Below are positions 25,231-38,900 of a stretch of DNA of 64,000 nt, one piece after another; the stretch's first letter is position 1, and each line of letters opens with the position of its first letter. Made by a program: the position numbers and the translations under genes. Origin of the DNA: the human T2T-CHM13v2.0 reference genome, Homo sapiens. Location of the stretch: the NCBI RefSeq assembly GCF_009914755.1, contig NC_060942.1; one strand, 5' to 3'. The notes below the pieces were generated by a model. The model worked only from the letters and a program-made list of their open reading frames with translations. It was not told where the DNA came from and searched no databases.

Positions 25231-26923
25231 CATTCTCAGAAACTTACTCGTGATGTGTGTCCTCAACTAAAGAAGTAGAACCTTTCTTTTCATAGATAAG
25301 TTTTGAAACGCTCTTTTTGTGGAATCTGCAAGTGGATATTTGGCTAGTTTTGAGGATTTCGTTGGAAGCGGTAATTCATACAAATTGCAGACTGCAGCGT
25401 TCTGAGAAACATCTTTGTGATGTTTGTATTCAGGACACAGAGTTGAACATTCCCTATCATAGAGCAGGTTGGAATCACTCCTTTTGTAGTATCTGGAAGT
25501 GGACATTTGGAGCGCTTTCAGGCCTATGTTGAAAAAGGAAATATCTTCCCATAACAACTAGACAGAAGCATTCTCAGAAACTTATTTGAGATGTGTGTAC
25601 TCAACTAAGAGAATTGAACCACCGTTTTGAAGGAGCAGTTTTGAAACACTCTTTTTCTGGAATCTGCAAGTGGATATTTGGCTAGCTTTGGGGATTTCGC
25701 TGGAAGCGGGAATACATATAAAAAGCACACAGCAGCGTTCTGAGAAACTGCTTTCTGATGTTTGCATTCAAGTCAAAAGTTGAACACTCCCTTTCATAGA
25801 GCAGTCCTGAAACACTCCTTTTGTAGTATCTGGAACTGGACTTTTGGAGCGCTTTCAGGGCTAAGGTGAAAAAGGAAATATCTTCCCATAAAAACTGGAC
25901 AGAAGCATTCTCAGAAACTTGTTTATGCTGTATCTACTCAACTAACAAAGTTGAACCTTTCTTTTGATAGAGCAGTTTTGAAATGCTCTTTTTGTGGAAT
26001 CTGCAAGTGGATATTTGGCTAGTTTTGAGTATTTCATTGGAAGCGGGAATTCATACAAATTGCAGACTGCAGCGTTCTGAGAAACATCTTTGTGATGTTT
26101 GTATTCAGGACAGAGAGTTGAACATTCCCTATCATAGAGCAGGTTGGAATCACTCCTTTTGTAGTATCTGGAAGTGGACATTTGGAGCGCTTTCTGGCCT
26201 ATGTTGAAAAAGGAAATATCTTCCCATAACAACTAGACACAAGCATTCTCAGAAACTTGTTTGTGATGTGTGCCCTCTACTGACAGAGTTGAACCTTTCT
26301 TTTCATAGAGCAGTTTTGAAACACTCTTTTTGTAGAATCTGCAAGAGGATATTTGCATAGCTTTGAGGATTTCGTGGGAAACGGGATTGTCTTCAGGTAA
26401 AATCTAGACAGAAGCATTCTCAGAAACTTCTTTGGGATGTTTGCATTCAAGTCACAGAGTAGAACATTCCCTTTGGTAGAGCAGGTTTGAAACACTCTTT
26501 TTTTAGTATATGGAAGTGGACATTTGGAGCGCTTTCAGGCCTACGTTGGAAAAGGAAATATCTTCCCATAACAACTAGACAGAAGCATTCTCAGAAACTA
26601 GTTTCTGATGTGTGTCCTCAACTAACACAGTTGAACATTTCTTTAGACAGAACAGTTTTGAAACACTCTTTTTGTGGAATCTGCAAGTGGCTATTTGGCT
26701 AGATTTGAGGATTTCGTTGGAAACGGGATTACATATAAAAAGCAGACAGCAGCATTCTCAGAAAGTTCTTTGTGATGATTGCATTCAAGTCACAGAATTG
26801 AACATTCCCTTTCACAGAGCAGGTTTGAAACACTCTTTTTGTAGTGTGTGTAAGTGGACATTTGGAGCACTTTCCGGCCTAAGGTGAAAAAGGAAATATC
26901 TTCCCATAAAAACTAGACAGAAG
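25231..26923 (+). repeat. 10-mer HOR variant (1,693 bp; a-b-c-d/e-f)
   Basis: Dimer d (CAGGTAAAAT) continues into the dimer-e ending (TTTTTTAGTATATGG...CCTACG); 342 bp lost. Confidence 0.93.
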
Positions 26924-28958
26924 CATTCTCAGAAACTTACTCGTGATGTGTGTCCTCAACTAAAGGAGTAGAACCTTTCTTTTCATAGAGAAGTTTTGAA
27001 ACGCTCTTTTTGTGGAATCTGCAAGTGGATATTTGGCTAGTTTGGAGGATTTCGTTGGAAGCGGGAATTCATACAAATTGCAGACTGCAGCGTTCTGAGA
27101 AACATCTTTGTGATGTTTGTATTCAGGACACAGAGTTGAACATTCCCTATCATAGAGCAGGTTGGAATCACTCCTTTTGTAGTATCTGGAAGTGGACATT
27201 TGGAGCGCTTTCAGGCCTATGTTGGAAAAGGAAATATCTTCCCATAACAACTAGACAGAAGCATTCTCAGAAACTTATTTGAGATGTGTGTACTCAACTA
27301 AGAGAATTGAACCACCGTTTTGAAGGAGCAGTTTTGAAACACTCTTTTTCTGGAATCTGCAAGTGGATATTTGGCTAGCTTTGGGGACTTCGCTGGAGGC
27401 GGGAATACATATAAAAAGCACACAGCAGCGTTCTGAGAAACTGCTTTCTGATGTTTGCATTCAAGTCAAAAGTTGAACACTCCCTTTCATAGAGCAGTCC
27501 TGAAACACTCCTTTTGTAGTATCTGGAACTGGACTTTTGGAGCGCTTTCAGGGCTAAGGTGAAAAAGGAAATATCTTCCCATAAAAACTGGACAGAAGCA
27601 TTCTCAGAAACTTGTTTATGCTGTATCTACTGAACTAACAAATTTGAACCTTTCTTTTGATAGAGCAGTTTTGAAATGCTCTTTTTGTGGAATCTGCAAG
27701 TGGATATTTGGCTAGTTTTGAGGATTTCGTTGGAAGCGGGAATTCATACAAATTGCAGACTGCAGCGTTCTGAGAAACATCTTTGTGGTGTTTGTATTCA
27801 GGACAGAGGGTTGAACATTCCCTATCATAGAGCAGGTTGGAATCACTCCTTTTGTAGTATCTGGAAGTGGACATTTGGAGCGCTTTCTGGCCTATGTTGA
27901 AAAAGGAAATATCTTCCCATAACAACTAGACACAAGCATTCTCAGAAACTTGTTTGTGATGTGTGCCCTCTACTGACAGAGTTGAACCTCTCTTTTCATA
28001 GAGCAGTTTTGAAACACTCTTTTTGTAGAATCTGCAAGAGGATATTTGCATAGCTTTGAGGATTTCGTGGGAAACGGGATTGTCTTCAGGTAAAATCTAG
28101 ACAGAAGCATTCTCAGAAACTTCTTTGGGATGTTTGCATTCAAGTCACAGAGTAGAACATTCCCTTTGGTAGAGCAGGTTTGAAACACTCTTTTTGTAGT
28201 ATCTGGAAGTGGACATTTGGAGCGCTTTCAGGCCTATGTTGGAAAGGGAAATATCTTCCCGTAACAACTAGGCAGAAGCATTCTCAGAAACTTATTTGAG
28301 ATGTGTGTACTCAACTAAGAGAATTGAACCACCGTTTTGAAGGAGCAGTTTTGAAACACTCTTTTTCTGGAATCTGCAAGAGGATATTTGCCTAGCCTTG
28401 AGGATTTCGTTGGAAACGGGATTGTCTTCAGATCAAATCTAGACAGAAGCATTCTCAGAAACTTCTTTGGGATGTTTGCATTCAAGTCACAGAGTAGAAC
28501 ATTCCCTTTGGTAGAGCAGGTTTGAAACACTCTTTTTTTAGTATATGGAAGTGGACATTTGGAGCGCTTTCAGGCCTACGTTGGAAAAGGAAATATCTTC
28601 CCATAACAACTAGACAGAAGCATTCTCAGAAACTAGTTTCTGATGTGTGTCCTCAACTAACACAGTTGAACATTTCTTTAGACAGAACAGTTTTGAAACT
28701 CTCTTTTTGTGGAATCTGCAAGTGGATATTTGGCTAGATTTGAGGATTTCGTTGGAAACGGGATTACATATAAAAAGCAGACAGCAGCATTCTCAGAAAG
28801 TTCTTTGTGATGATTGCATTCAAGTCACAGAATTGAACATTCCCTTTCACAGAGCAGGTTTGAAACACTCTTTTTGTAGTGTGTGTAAGTGGACATTTGG
28901 AGCACTTTCCGGCCTAAGGTGAAAAAGGAAATATCTTCCCATAAAAACTAGACAGAAG
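26924..28958 (+). repeat. 12-mer HOR
   Basis: Dimers a-f present, 2,035 bp. Confidence 0.93.
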
Positions 28959-29976
28959 CATTCTCAGAAACTTACTCGTGATGTGTGTCCTCAACTAAAG
29001 GAGTAGAACCTTTCTTTTCATAGAGAAGTTTTGAAACGCTCTTTTTGTGGAATCTGCAAGTGGATATTTGGCTAGTTTGGAGGATTTCGTTGGAAGCGGG
29101 AATTCATACAAATTGCAGACTGCAGCGTTCTGAGAAACATCTTTGTGATGTTTGTATTCAGGACACAGAGTTGAACATTCCCTATCATAGAGCAGGTTGG
29201 AATCACTCCTTTTGTAGTATCTGGAAGTGGACATTTGGAGCGCTTTCAGGCCTATGTTGAAAAAGGAAATATCTTCCCATAACAACTAGACACAAGCATT
29301 CTCAGAAACTTGTTTGTGATGTGTGCCCTCTACTGACAGAGCTGAACCTTTCTTTTCATAGAGCAGTTTTGAAACACTCTTTTTGTAGAATCTGCAAGAG
29401 GATATTTGCATAGCTTTGAGGATTTCGTGGGAAACGGGATTGTCTTCAGGTAAAATCTAGACAGAAGCATTCTCAGAAACTTCCTTGGAATGTTTGCATT
29501 CAAGTCACAGAGTAGAACATTCCCTTTGGTAGAGCAGGTTTGAAACACTCTTTTTTTAGTATATGGAAGTGGACATTTGGAGCGCTTTCAGGCCTACGTT
29601 GGAAAAGGAAATATCTTCCCATAACAACTAGACAGAAGCATTCTCAGAAACTAGTTTCTGATGTGTGTCCTCAACTAACACAGTTGAACATTTCTTTAGA
29701 CAGAACAGTTTTGAAACACTCTTTTTGTGGTATCTGCAAGTGGCTATTTGGCTAGATTTGAGGATTTCGTTGGAAACGGGATTACATATAAAAAGCAGAC
29801 AGCAGCATTCTCAGAAACTTCTTTGTGATGATTGCATTCAAGTCACAGAATTGAACATTCCCTTTCACAGAGCAGGTTTGAAACACTCTTTGTATAGTGT
29901 GTGTAAGTGGACATTTGGAGCACTTTCCGGCCTAAGGTGAAAAAGGAAATATCTTCTCATAAAAACTAGACAGAAG
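28959..29976 (+). repeat. 6-mer HOR variant (1,018 bp; a/c-d/e-f)
   Basis: Carries both the 675-bp and the 342-bp deletions (2035-675-342=1018). Confidence 0.92.
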
Positions 29977-32900
29977 CATTCTCAGAAAGTTACTCGTGAT
30001 GTGTGTCCTCAACTAAAGAAGTAGAACCTTTCTTTTCATAGATAAGTTTTGAAACGCTCTTTTTGTGGAATCTGCAAGTGGATATTTGGCTAGTTTTGAG
30101 GATTTCGTTGGAAGCGGTAATTCATACAAATTGCAGACTGCAGCGTTCTGAGAAACATCTTTGTGATGTTTGTATTCAGGACACAGAGTTGAACATTCCC
30201 TATCATAGAGCAGGTTGGAATCACTCCTTTTGTAGTATATGGAAGTGGACATTTGGAGCGCTTTCAGGCCTATGTTGAAAAAGGAAATATCTTCCCATAA
30301 CAACTAGACACAAGCATTCTCAGAAACTTGTTTGTGATGTGTGCCCTCTACTGACAGAGTTGAACCTTTCTTTTCATAGAGCAGTTTTGAAACACTCTTT
30401 TTGTAGAATCTGCAAGAGGATATTTGCATAGCTTTGAGGATTTCGTGGGAAACGGGATTGTCTTCAGGTAAAATCTAGACAGAAGCATTCTCAGAAACTT
30501 CTTTGGGATGTTTGCATTCAAGTCACAGAGTAGAACATTCCCTTTGGTAGAGCAGGTTTGAAACACTCTTTTTGTAGTATCTGGAAGTGGACATTTGGAG
30601 CGCTTTCAGGCCTATGTTGGAAAGGGAAATATCTTCCCGTAACAACTAGGCAGAAGCATTCTCAGAAACTTATTTGAGATGTGTGTACTCAACTAAGAGA
30701 ATTGAACCACCGTTTTGAAGGAGCAGTTTTGAAACACTCTTTTTCTGGAATCTGCAAGAGGATATTTGCCTAGCCTTGAGGATTTCGTTGGAAACGGGAT
30801 TGTCTTCAGATCAAATCTAGACAGAAGCATTCTCAGAAACTTCTTTGGGATGTTTGCATTCAAGTCACAGAGTAGAACATTCCCTTTGGTAGAGCAGGTT
30901 TGAAACACTCTTTTTTTAGTATATGGAAGTGGACATTTGGAGCGCTTTCAGGCCTACGTTGGAAAAGGAAATATCTTCCCATAACAACTAGACAGAAGCA
31001 TTCTCAGAAACTAGTTTCTGATGTGTGTCCTCAACTAACACAGTTGAACATTTCTTTAGACAGAACAGTTTTGAAACACTCTTTTTGTGGAATCTGCAAG
31101 TGGCTATTTGGCTAGATTTGAGGATTTCGTTGGAAACGGGATTACATATAAAAAGCAGACAGCAGCATTCTCAGAAAGTTCTTTGTGATGATTGCATTCA
31201 AGTCACAGAATTGAACATTCCCTTTCACAGAGCAGGTTTGAAACACTCTTTTTGTAGTGTGTGTAAGTGGACATTTGGAGCACTTTCCGGCCTAAGGTGA
31301 AAAAGGGAATATCTTCCCATAAAAACTAGACAGAAGCATTCTCAGAAACTTACTCGTGATGTGTGTCCTCAACTAAAGGAGTAGAACCTTTGTTTTCATA
31401 GAGAAGTTTTGAAACGCTCTTTTTGTGGAATCTGCAAGTGGATATTTGGCTAGTTTGGAGGATTTCGTTGGAAGCGGGAATTCATACAAATTGCAGACTG
31501 CAGCGTTCTGAGAAACATCTTTGTGATGTTTGTATTCAGGACACAGAGTTGAACATTCCCTATCATAGAGCAGGTTGGAATCACTCCTTTTGTGGTATCT
31601 GGAAGTGGACATTTGGAGCGCTTTCAGGCCTATGTTGGAAAAGGAAATATCTTCCCATAACAACTAGACAGAAGCATTCTCAGAAACTTATTTGAGATGT
31701 GTGTACTCAACTAAGAGAATTGAACCACCGTTTTGAAGGAGCAGTTTTGAAACACTCTTTTTCTGGAATCTGCAAGTGGATATTTGGCTAGCTTTGGGGA
31801 TTTCGCTGGAAGCGGGAATACATATAAAAAGCACACAGCAGCGTTCTGAGAAACTGCTTTCTGATGTTTGCATTCAAGTCAAAAGTTGAACACTCCCTTT
31901 CATAGAGCAGTCCTGAAACACTCCTTTTGTAGTATCTGGAACTGGACTTTTGGAGCGCTTTCAGGGCTAAGGTGAAAAAGGAAATATCTTCCCATAAAAA
32001 CTGGACAGAAGCATTCTCAGAAACTTGTTTATGCTGTATCTACTCTACTAAAAAAGTTGAACCTTTCTTTTGATAGAGCAGTTTTGAAATGCTCTTTTTG
32101 TGGAATCTGCAATTGGATATTTGGCTAGATTTGAGGATTTCGTTGGAAGCTGGAATACATACAAATTGCAGACTGCAGCGTTCTGAGAAACATCTTTGTG
32201 ATGTTTGTATTCAGGACACAGAGTTGAACATTCCCTATCATAGAGCAGGTTGGAATCACTCCTTTTGTAGTATCTGGAAGTGGACATTTGGAGCGCTTTC
32301 TGGCCTATGTTGAAAAAGGAAATATCTTCCCATAACAACTAGACACAAGCATTCTCAGAAACTTGTTTGTGATGTGTGCCCTCTACTGACAGAGTTGAAC
32401 CTTTCTTTTCATAGAGCAGTTTTGAAACACTCTTTTTGTAGAATCTGCAAGAGGATATTTGCATAGCTTTGAGGATTTCGTGGGAAACGGGATTGTCTTC
32501 AGGTAAAATCTAGACAGAAGCATTCTCAGAAACTCCTTTGGGATGTTTGCATTCAAGTCACAGAGTAGAACATTCCCTTTGGTAGAGCAGGTTTGAAACA
32601 CTCTTTTTTTAGTATATGGAAGTGGACATTTGGAGCGCTTTCAGGCCTACGTTGGAAAAGGAAATATCTTCCCATAACAACTAGACAGAAGCATTCTCAG
32701 AAACTAGTTTCTGATGTGTGTCCTCAACTAACACAGTTGAACATTTCTTTAGACAGAACAGTTTTGAAACACTCTTTTTGTGGTATCTGCAAGTGGCTAT
32801 TTGGCTAGATTTGAGGATTTCGTTGGAAACGGGATTACATATAAAAAGCAGACAGCAGCATTCTCAGAAACTTCTTTGTGATGATTGCATTCAAGTCACA

Positions 32901-35900
32901 GTATTGAACATTCCCTTTCACAGAGCAGGTTTGAAACACTCTTTGTATAGTGTGTGTAAGTGGACATTTGGAGCACTTTCCGGCCTAAGGTGAAAAAGGA
33001 AATATCTTCCCATAAAAACTAGACAGAAGCATTCTCAGAAAGTTACTCGTGATGTGTGTCCTCAACTAAAGAAGTAGAACCTTTCTTTTCATAGATAAGT
33101 TTTGAAACGCTCTTTTTGTGGAATCTGCAAGTGGATATTTGGCTAGTTTTGAGGATTTCGTTGGAAGCGGGAATTCATACAAATTGCAGACTGCAGCGTT
33201 CTGAGAAACATCTTTGTGATGTTTGTATTCAGGACAGAGAGTTGAACATTCCCTATCATAGAGCAGGTTGGAATCACTCCTTTTGTAGTATCTGGAAGTG
33301 GACATTTGGAGCGCTTTCAGGCCTATGTTGAAAAAGGAAATATCTTCCCATAACAACTAGACACAAGCATTCTCAGAAACTTGTTTGTGATGTGTGCCCT
33401 CTACTGACAGAGTTGAACCTTTCTTTTCATAGAGCAGTTTTGAAACACTCTTTTTGTAGAATCTGCAAGAGGATATTTGCATAGCTTTGAGGATTTCGTG
33501 GGAAACGGGATTGTCTTCAGGTAAAATCTAGACAGAAGCATTCTCAGAAACTTCTTTGGGATGTTTGCATTCAAGTCACAGAGTAGAACATTCCCTTTGG
33601 TAGAGCAGGTTTGAAACACTCTTTTTGTAGTATCTGGAAGTGGACATTTGGAGCGCTTTCAGGCCTATGTTGGAAAGGGAAATATCTTCCCGTAACAACT
33701 AGGCAGAAGCATTCTCAGAAACTTATTTGAGATGTGTGTACTCAACTAAGAGAATTGAACCACCGTTTTGAAGGAGCAGTTTTGAAACACTCTTTTTCTG
33801 GAATCTGCAAGAGGATATTTGCCTAGCCTTGAGGATTTCGTTGGAAACGGGATTGTCTTCAGATCAAATCTAGACAGAAGCATTCTCAGAAACTTCTTTG
33901 GGATGTTTGCATTCAAGTCACAGAGTAGAACATTCCCTTTGGTAGAGCAGGTTTGAAACACTCTTTTTTTAGTATATGGAAGTGGACATTTGGAGCGCTT
34001 TCAGGCCTACGTTGGAAAAGGAAATATCTTCCCATAACAACTAGACAGAAGCATTCTCAGAAACTAGTTTCTGATGTGTGTCCTCAACTAACACAGTTGA
34101 ACATTTCTTTAGACAGAACAGTTTTGAAACACTCTTTTTGTGGAATCTGCAAGTGGCTATTTGGCTAGATTTGAGGATTTCGTTGGAAACGGGATTACAT
34201 ATAAAAAGCAGACAGCAGCATTCTCAGAAAGTTCTTTGTGATGATTGCATTCAAGTCACAGAATTGAACATTCCCTTTCACAGAGCAGGTTTGAAACACT
34301 CTTTTTGTAGTGTGTGTAAGTGGACATTTGGAGCACTTTCCGGCCTAAGGTGAAAAAGGGAATATCTTCCCATAAAAACTAGACAGAAGCATTCTCAGAA
34401 ACTTACTCGTGATGTGTGTCCTCAACTAAAGGAGTAGAACCTTTGTTTTCATAGAGAAGTTTTGAAACGCTCTTTTTGTGGAATCTGCAAGTGGATATTT
34501 GGCTAGTTTGGAGGATTTCGTTGGAAGCGGGAATTCATACAAATTGCAGACTGCAGCGTTCTGAGAAACATCTTTGTGATGTTTGTATTCAGGACACAGA
34601 GTTGAACATTCCCTATCATAGAGCAGGTTGGAATCACTCCTTTTGTGGTATCTGGAAGTGGACATTTGGAGCGCTTTCAGGCCTATGTTGGAAAAGGAAA
34701 TATCTTCCCATAACAACTAGACAGAAGCATTCTCAGAAACTTATTTGAGATGTGTGTACTCAACTAAGAGAATTGAACCACCGTTTTGAAGGAGCAGTTT
34801 TGAAACACTCTTTTTCTGGAATCTGCAAGTGGATATTTGGCTAGCTTTGGGGATTTCGCTGGAAGCGGGAATACATATAAAAAGCACACAGCAGCGTTCT
34901 GAGAAACTGCTTTCTGATGTTTGCATTCAAGTCAAAAGTTGAACACTCCCTTTCATAGAGCAGTCCTGAAACACTCCTTTTGTAGTATCTGGAACTGGAC
35001 TTTTGGAGCGCTTTCAGGGCTAAGGTGAAAAAGGAAATATCTTCCCATAAAAACTGGACAGAGGCATTCTCAGAAACTTGTTTATGCTGTATCTACTCTA
35101 CTAAAAAAGTTGAACCTTTCTTTTGATAGAGCAGTTTTGAAATGCTCTTTTTGTGGAATCTGCAATTGGATATTTGGCTAGATTTGAGGATTTCGTTGGA
35201 AGCTGGAATACATACAAATTGCAGACTGCAGCGTTCTGAGAAACATCTTTGTGATGTTTGTATTCAGGACACAGAGTTGAACATTCCCTATCATAGAGCA
35301 GGTTGGAATCACTCCTTTTGTAGTATCTGGAAGTGGACATTTGGAGCGCTTTCTGGCCTATGTTGAAAAAGGAAATATCTTCCCATAACAACTAGACACA
35401 AGCATTCTCAGAAACTTGTTTGTGATGTGTGCCCTCTACTGACAGAGTTGAACCTTTCTTTTCATAGAGCAGTTTTGAAACACTCTTTTTGTAGAATCTG
35501 CAAGAGGATATTTGCATAGCTTTGAGGATTTCGTGGGAAACGGGATTGTCTTCAGGTAAAATCTAGACAGAAGCATTCTCAGAAACTTCTTTGGGATGTT
35601 TGCATTCAAGTCACAGAGTAGAACATTCCCTTTGGTAGAGCAGGTTTGAAACACTCTTTTTTTAGTATATGGAAGTGGACATTTGGAGCGCTTTCAGGCC
35701 TACGTTGGAAAAGGAAATATCTTCCCATAACAACTAGACAGAAGCATTCTCAGAAACTAGTTTCTGATGTGTGTCCTCAACTAACACAGTTGAACATTTC
35801 TTTAGACAGAACAGTTTTGAAACACTCTTTTTGTGGTATCTGCAAGTGGCTATTTGGCTAGATTTGAGGATTTCGTTGGAAACGGGATTCCATATAAAAA

Positions 35901-38900
35901 GCAGACAGCAGCATTCTCAGAAACTTCTTTGTGATGATTGCATTCAAGTCACAGTATTGAACATTCCCTTTCACAGCACAGGTTTGAAACACTCTTTGTA
36001 TAGTGTGTGTAAGTGGACATTTGGAGCACTTTCCGGCCTAAGGTGAAAAAGGAAATATCTCTCCATAAAAACTAGACAGAAGCATTCTCAGGAACTTACT
36101 CGTGATGTGTGTCCTCAACTAAAGAAGTAGAACCTTTCTTTTCATAGATAAGTTTTGAAACGCTCTTTTTGTGGAATCTGCAAGTGGATGTTTGGCTAGT
36201 TTTGAGGATTTCGTTGGAAGCGGGAATTCATACAAATTGCAGACTGCAGCGTTCTGAGAAACATCTTTGTGATGTTTGTATTCAGGACACAGAGTTGAAC
36301 ATTCCCTATCATAGAGCAGGTTGGAATCACTCCTTTTGTAGTATCTGGAAGTGGACATTTGGAGCGCTTTCAGGCCTATGTTGAAAAAGGAAATATCTTC
36401 CCATAACAACTAGACACAAGCATTCTCAGAAACTTGTTTGTGATGTGTGCCCTCTACTGACAGAGTTGAACCTTTCTTTTCATAGAGCAGTTTTGAAACA
36501 CTCTTTTTGTAGAATCTGCAAGAGGATATTTGCATAGCTTTGAGGATTTCGTGGGAAACGGGATTGTCTTCAGGTAAAATCTAGACAGAAGCATTCTCAG
36601 AAACTTCTTTGGGATGTTTGCATTCAAGTCACAGAGTAGAACATTCCCTTTGGTAGAGCAGGTTTGAAACACTCTTTTTGTAGTATCTGGAAGTGGACAT
36701 TTGGAGCGCTTTCAGGCCTATGTTGGAAAGGGAAATATCTTCCCGTAACAACTAGGCAGAAGCATTCTCAGAAACTTATTTGAGATGTGTGTACTCAACT
36801 AAGAGAATTGAACCACCGTTTTGAAGGAGCAGTTTTGAAACACTCTTTTTCTGGAATCTGCAAGAGGATATTTGCCTAGCCTTGAGGATTTCGTTGGAAA
36901 CGGGATTGTCTTCAGATCAAATCTAGACAGAAGCATTCTCAGAAACTTCTTTGGGATGTTTGCATTCAAGTCACAGAGTAGAACATTCCCTTTGGTAGAG
37001 CAGGTTTGAAACACTCTTTTTTTAGTATATGGAAGTGGACATTTGGAGCGCTTTCAGGCCTACGTTGGAAAAGGAAATATCTTCCCATAACAACTAGACA
37101 GAAGCATTCTCAGAAACTAGTTTCTGATGTGTGTCCTCAACTAACACAGTTGAACATTTCTTTAGACAGAACAGTTTTGAAACACTCTTTTTGTGGAATC
37201 TGCAAGTGGCTATTTGGCTAGATTTGAGGATTTCGTTGGAAACGGGATTACATATAAAAAGCAGACAGCAGCATTCTCAGAAAGTTCTTTGTGATGATTG
37301 CATTCAAGTCACAGAATTGAACATTCCCTTTCACAGAGCAGGTTTGAAACACTCTTTTTGTAGTGTGTGTAAGTGGACATTTGGAGCACTTTCCGGCCTA
37401 AGGTGAAAAAGGGAATATCTTCCCATAAAAACTAGACAGAAGCATTCTCAGAAACTTACTCGTGATGTGTGTCCTCAACTAAAGGAGTAGAACCTTTGTT
37501 TTCATAGAGAAGTTTTGAAACGCTCTTTTTGTGGAATCTGCAAGTGGATATTTGGCTAGTTTGGAGGATTTCGTTGGAAGCGGGAATTCATACAAATTGC
37601 AGACTGCAGCGTTCTGAGAAACATCTTTGTGATGTTTGTATTCAGGACACAGAGTTGAACATTCCCTATCATAGAGCAGGTTGGAATCACTCCTTTTGTG
37701 GTATCTGGAAGTGGACATTTGGAGCGCTTTCAGGCCTATGTTGGAAAAGGAAATATCTTCCCATAACAACTAGACAGAAGCATTCTCAGAAACTTATTTG
37801 AGATGTGTGTACTCAACTAAGAGAATTGAACCACCGTTTTGAAGGAGCAGTTTTGAAACACCCTTTTTCTGGAATCTGCAAGTGGATATTTGGCTAGCTT
37901 TGGGGATTTCGCTGGAAGCGGGAATACATATAAAAAGCACACAGCAGCGTTCTGAGAAACTGCTTTCTGATGTTTGCATTCAAGTCAAAAGTTGAACACT
38001 CCCTTTCATAGAGCAGTCCTGAAACACTCCTTTTGTAGTATCTGGAACTGGACTTTTGGAGCGCTTTCAGGGCTAAGGTGAAAAAGGAAATATCTTCCCA
38101 TAAAAACTGGACAGAAGCATTCTCAGAAACTTGTTTATGCTGTATCTACTCTACTAAAAAAGTTGAACCTTTCTTTTGATAGAGCAGTTTTGAAATGCTC
38201 TTTTTGTGGAATCTGCAAGTGGATATTTGGCTAGATTTGAGGATTTCGTTGGAAGCTGGAATACATACAAATTGCAGACTGCAGCGTTCTGAGAAACATC
38301 TTTGTGATGTTTGTATTCAGGACACAGAGTTGAACATTCCCTATCATAGAGCAGGTTGGAATCACTCCTTTTGTAGTATCTGGAAGTGGACATTTGGAGC
38401 GCTTTCAGGCCTATGTTGAAAAAGGAAATATCTTCCCATAACAACTAGACACAAGCATTCTCAGAAACTTGTTTGTGATGTGTGCCCTCTACTGACAGAG
38501 TTGAACCTTTCTTTTCATAGAGCAGTTTTGAAACACTCTTTTTGTAGAATCTGCAAGAGGATATTTGCATAGCTTTGAGGATTTCGTGGGAAACGGGATT
38601 GTCTTCAGGTAAAATCTAGACAGAAGCATTCTCAGAAACTTCTTTGGGATGTTTGCATTCAAGTCACAGAGTAGAACATTCCCTTTGGTAGAGCAGGTTT
38701 GAAACACTCTTTTTGTAGTATATGGAAGTGGACATTTGGAGCGCTTTCAGGCCTACGTTGGAAAAGGAAATATCTTCCCATAACAACTAGACAGAAGCAT
38801 TCTCAGAAACTAGTTTCTGATGTGTGTCCTCAACTAACACAGTTGAACATTTCTTTAGACAGAACAGTTTTGAAACACTCTTTTTGTGGTATCTGCAAGT

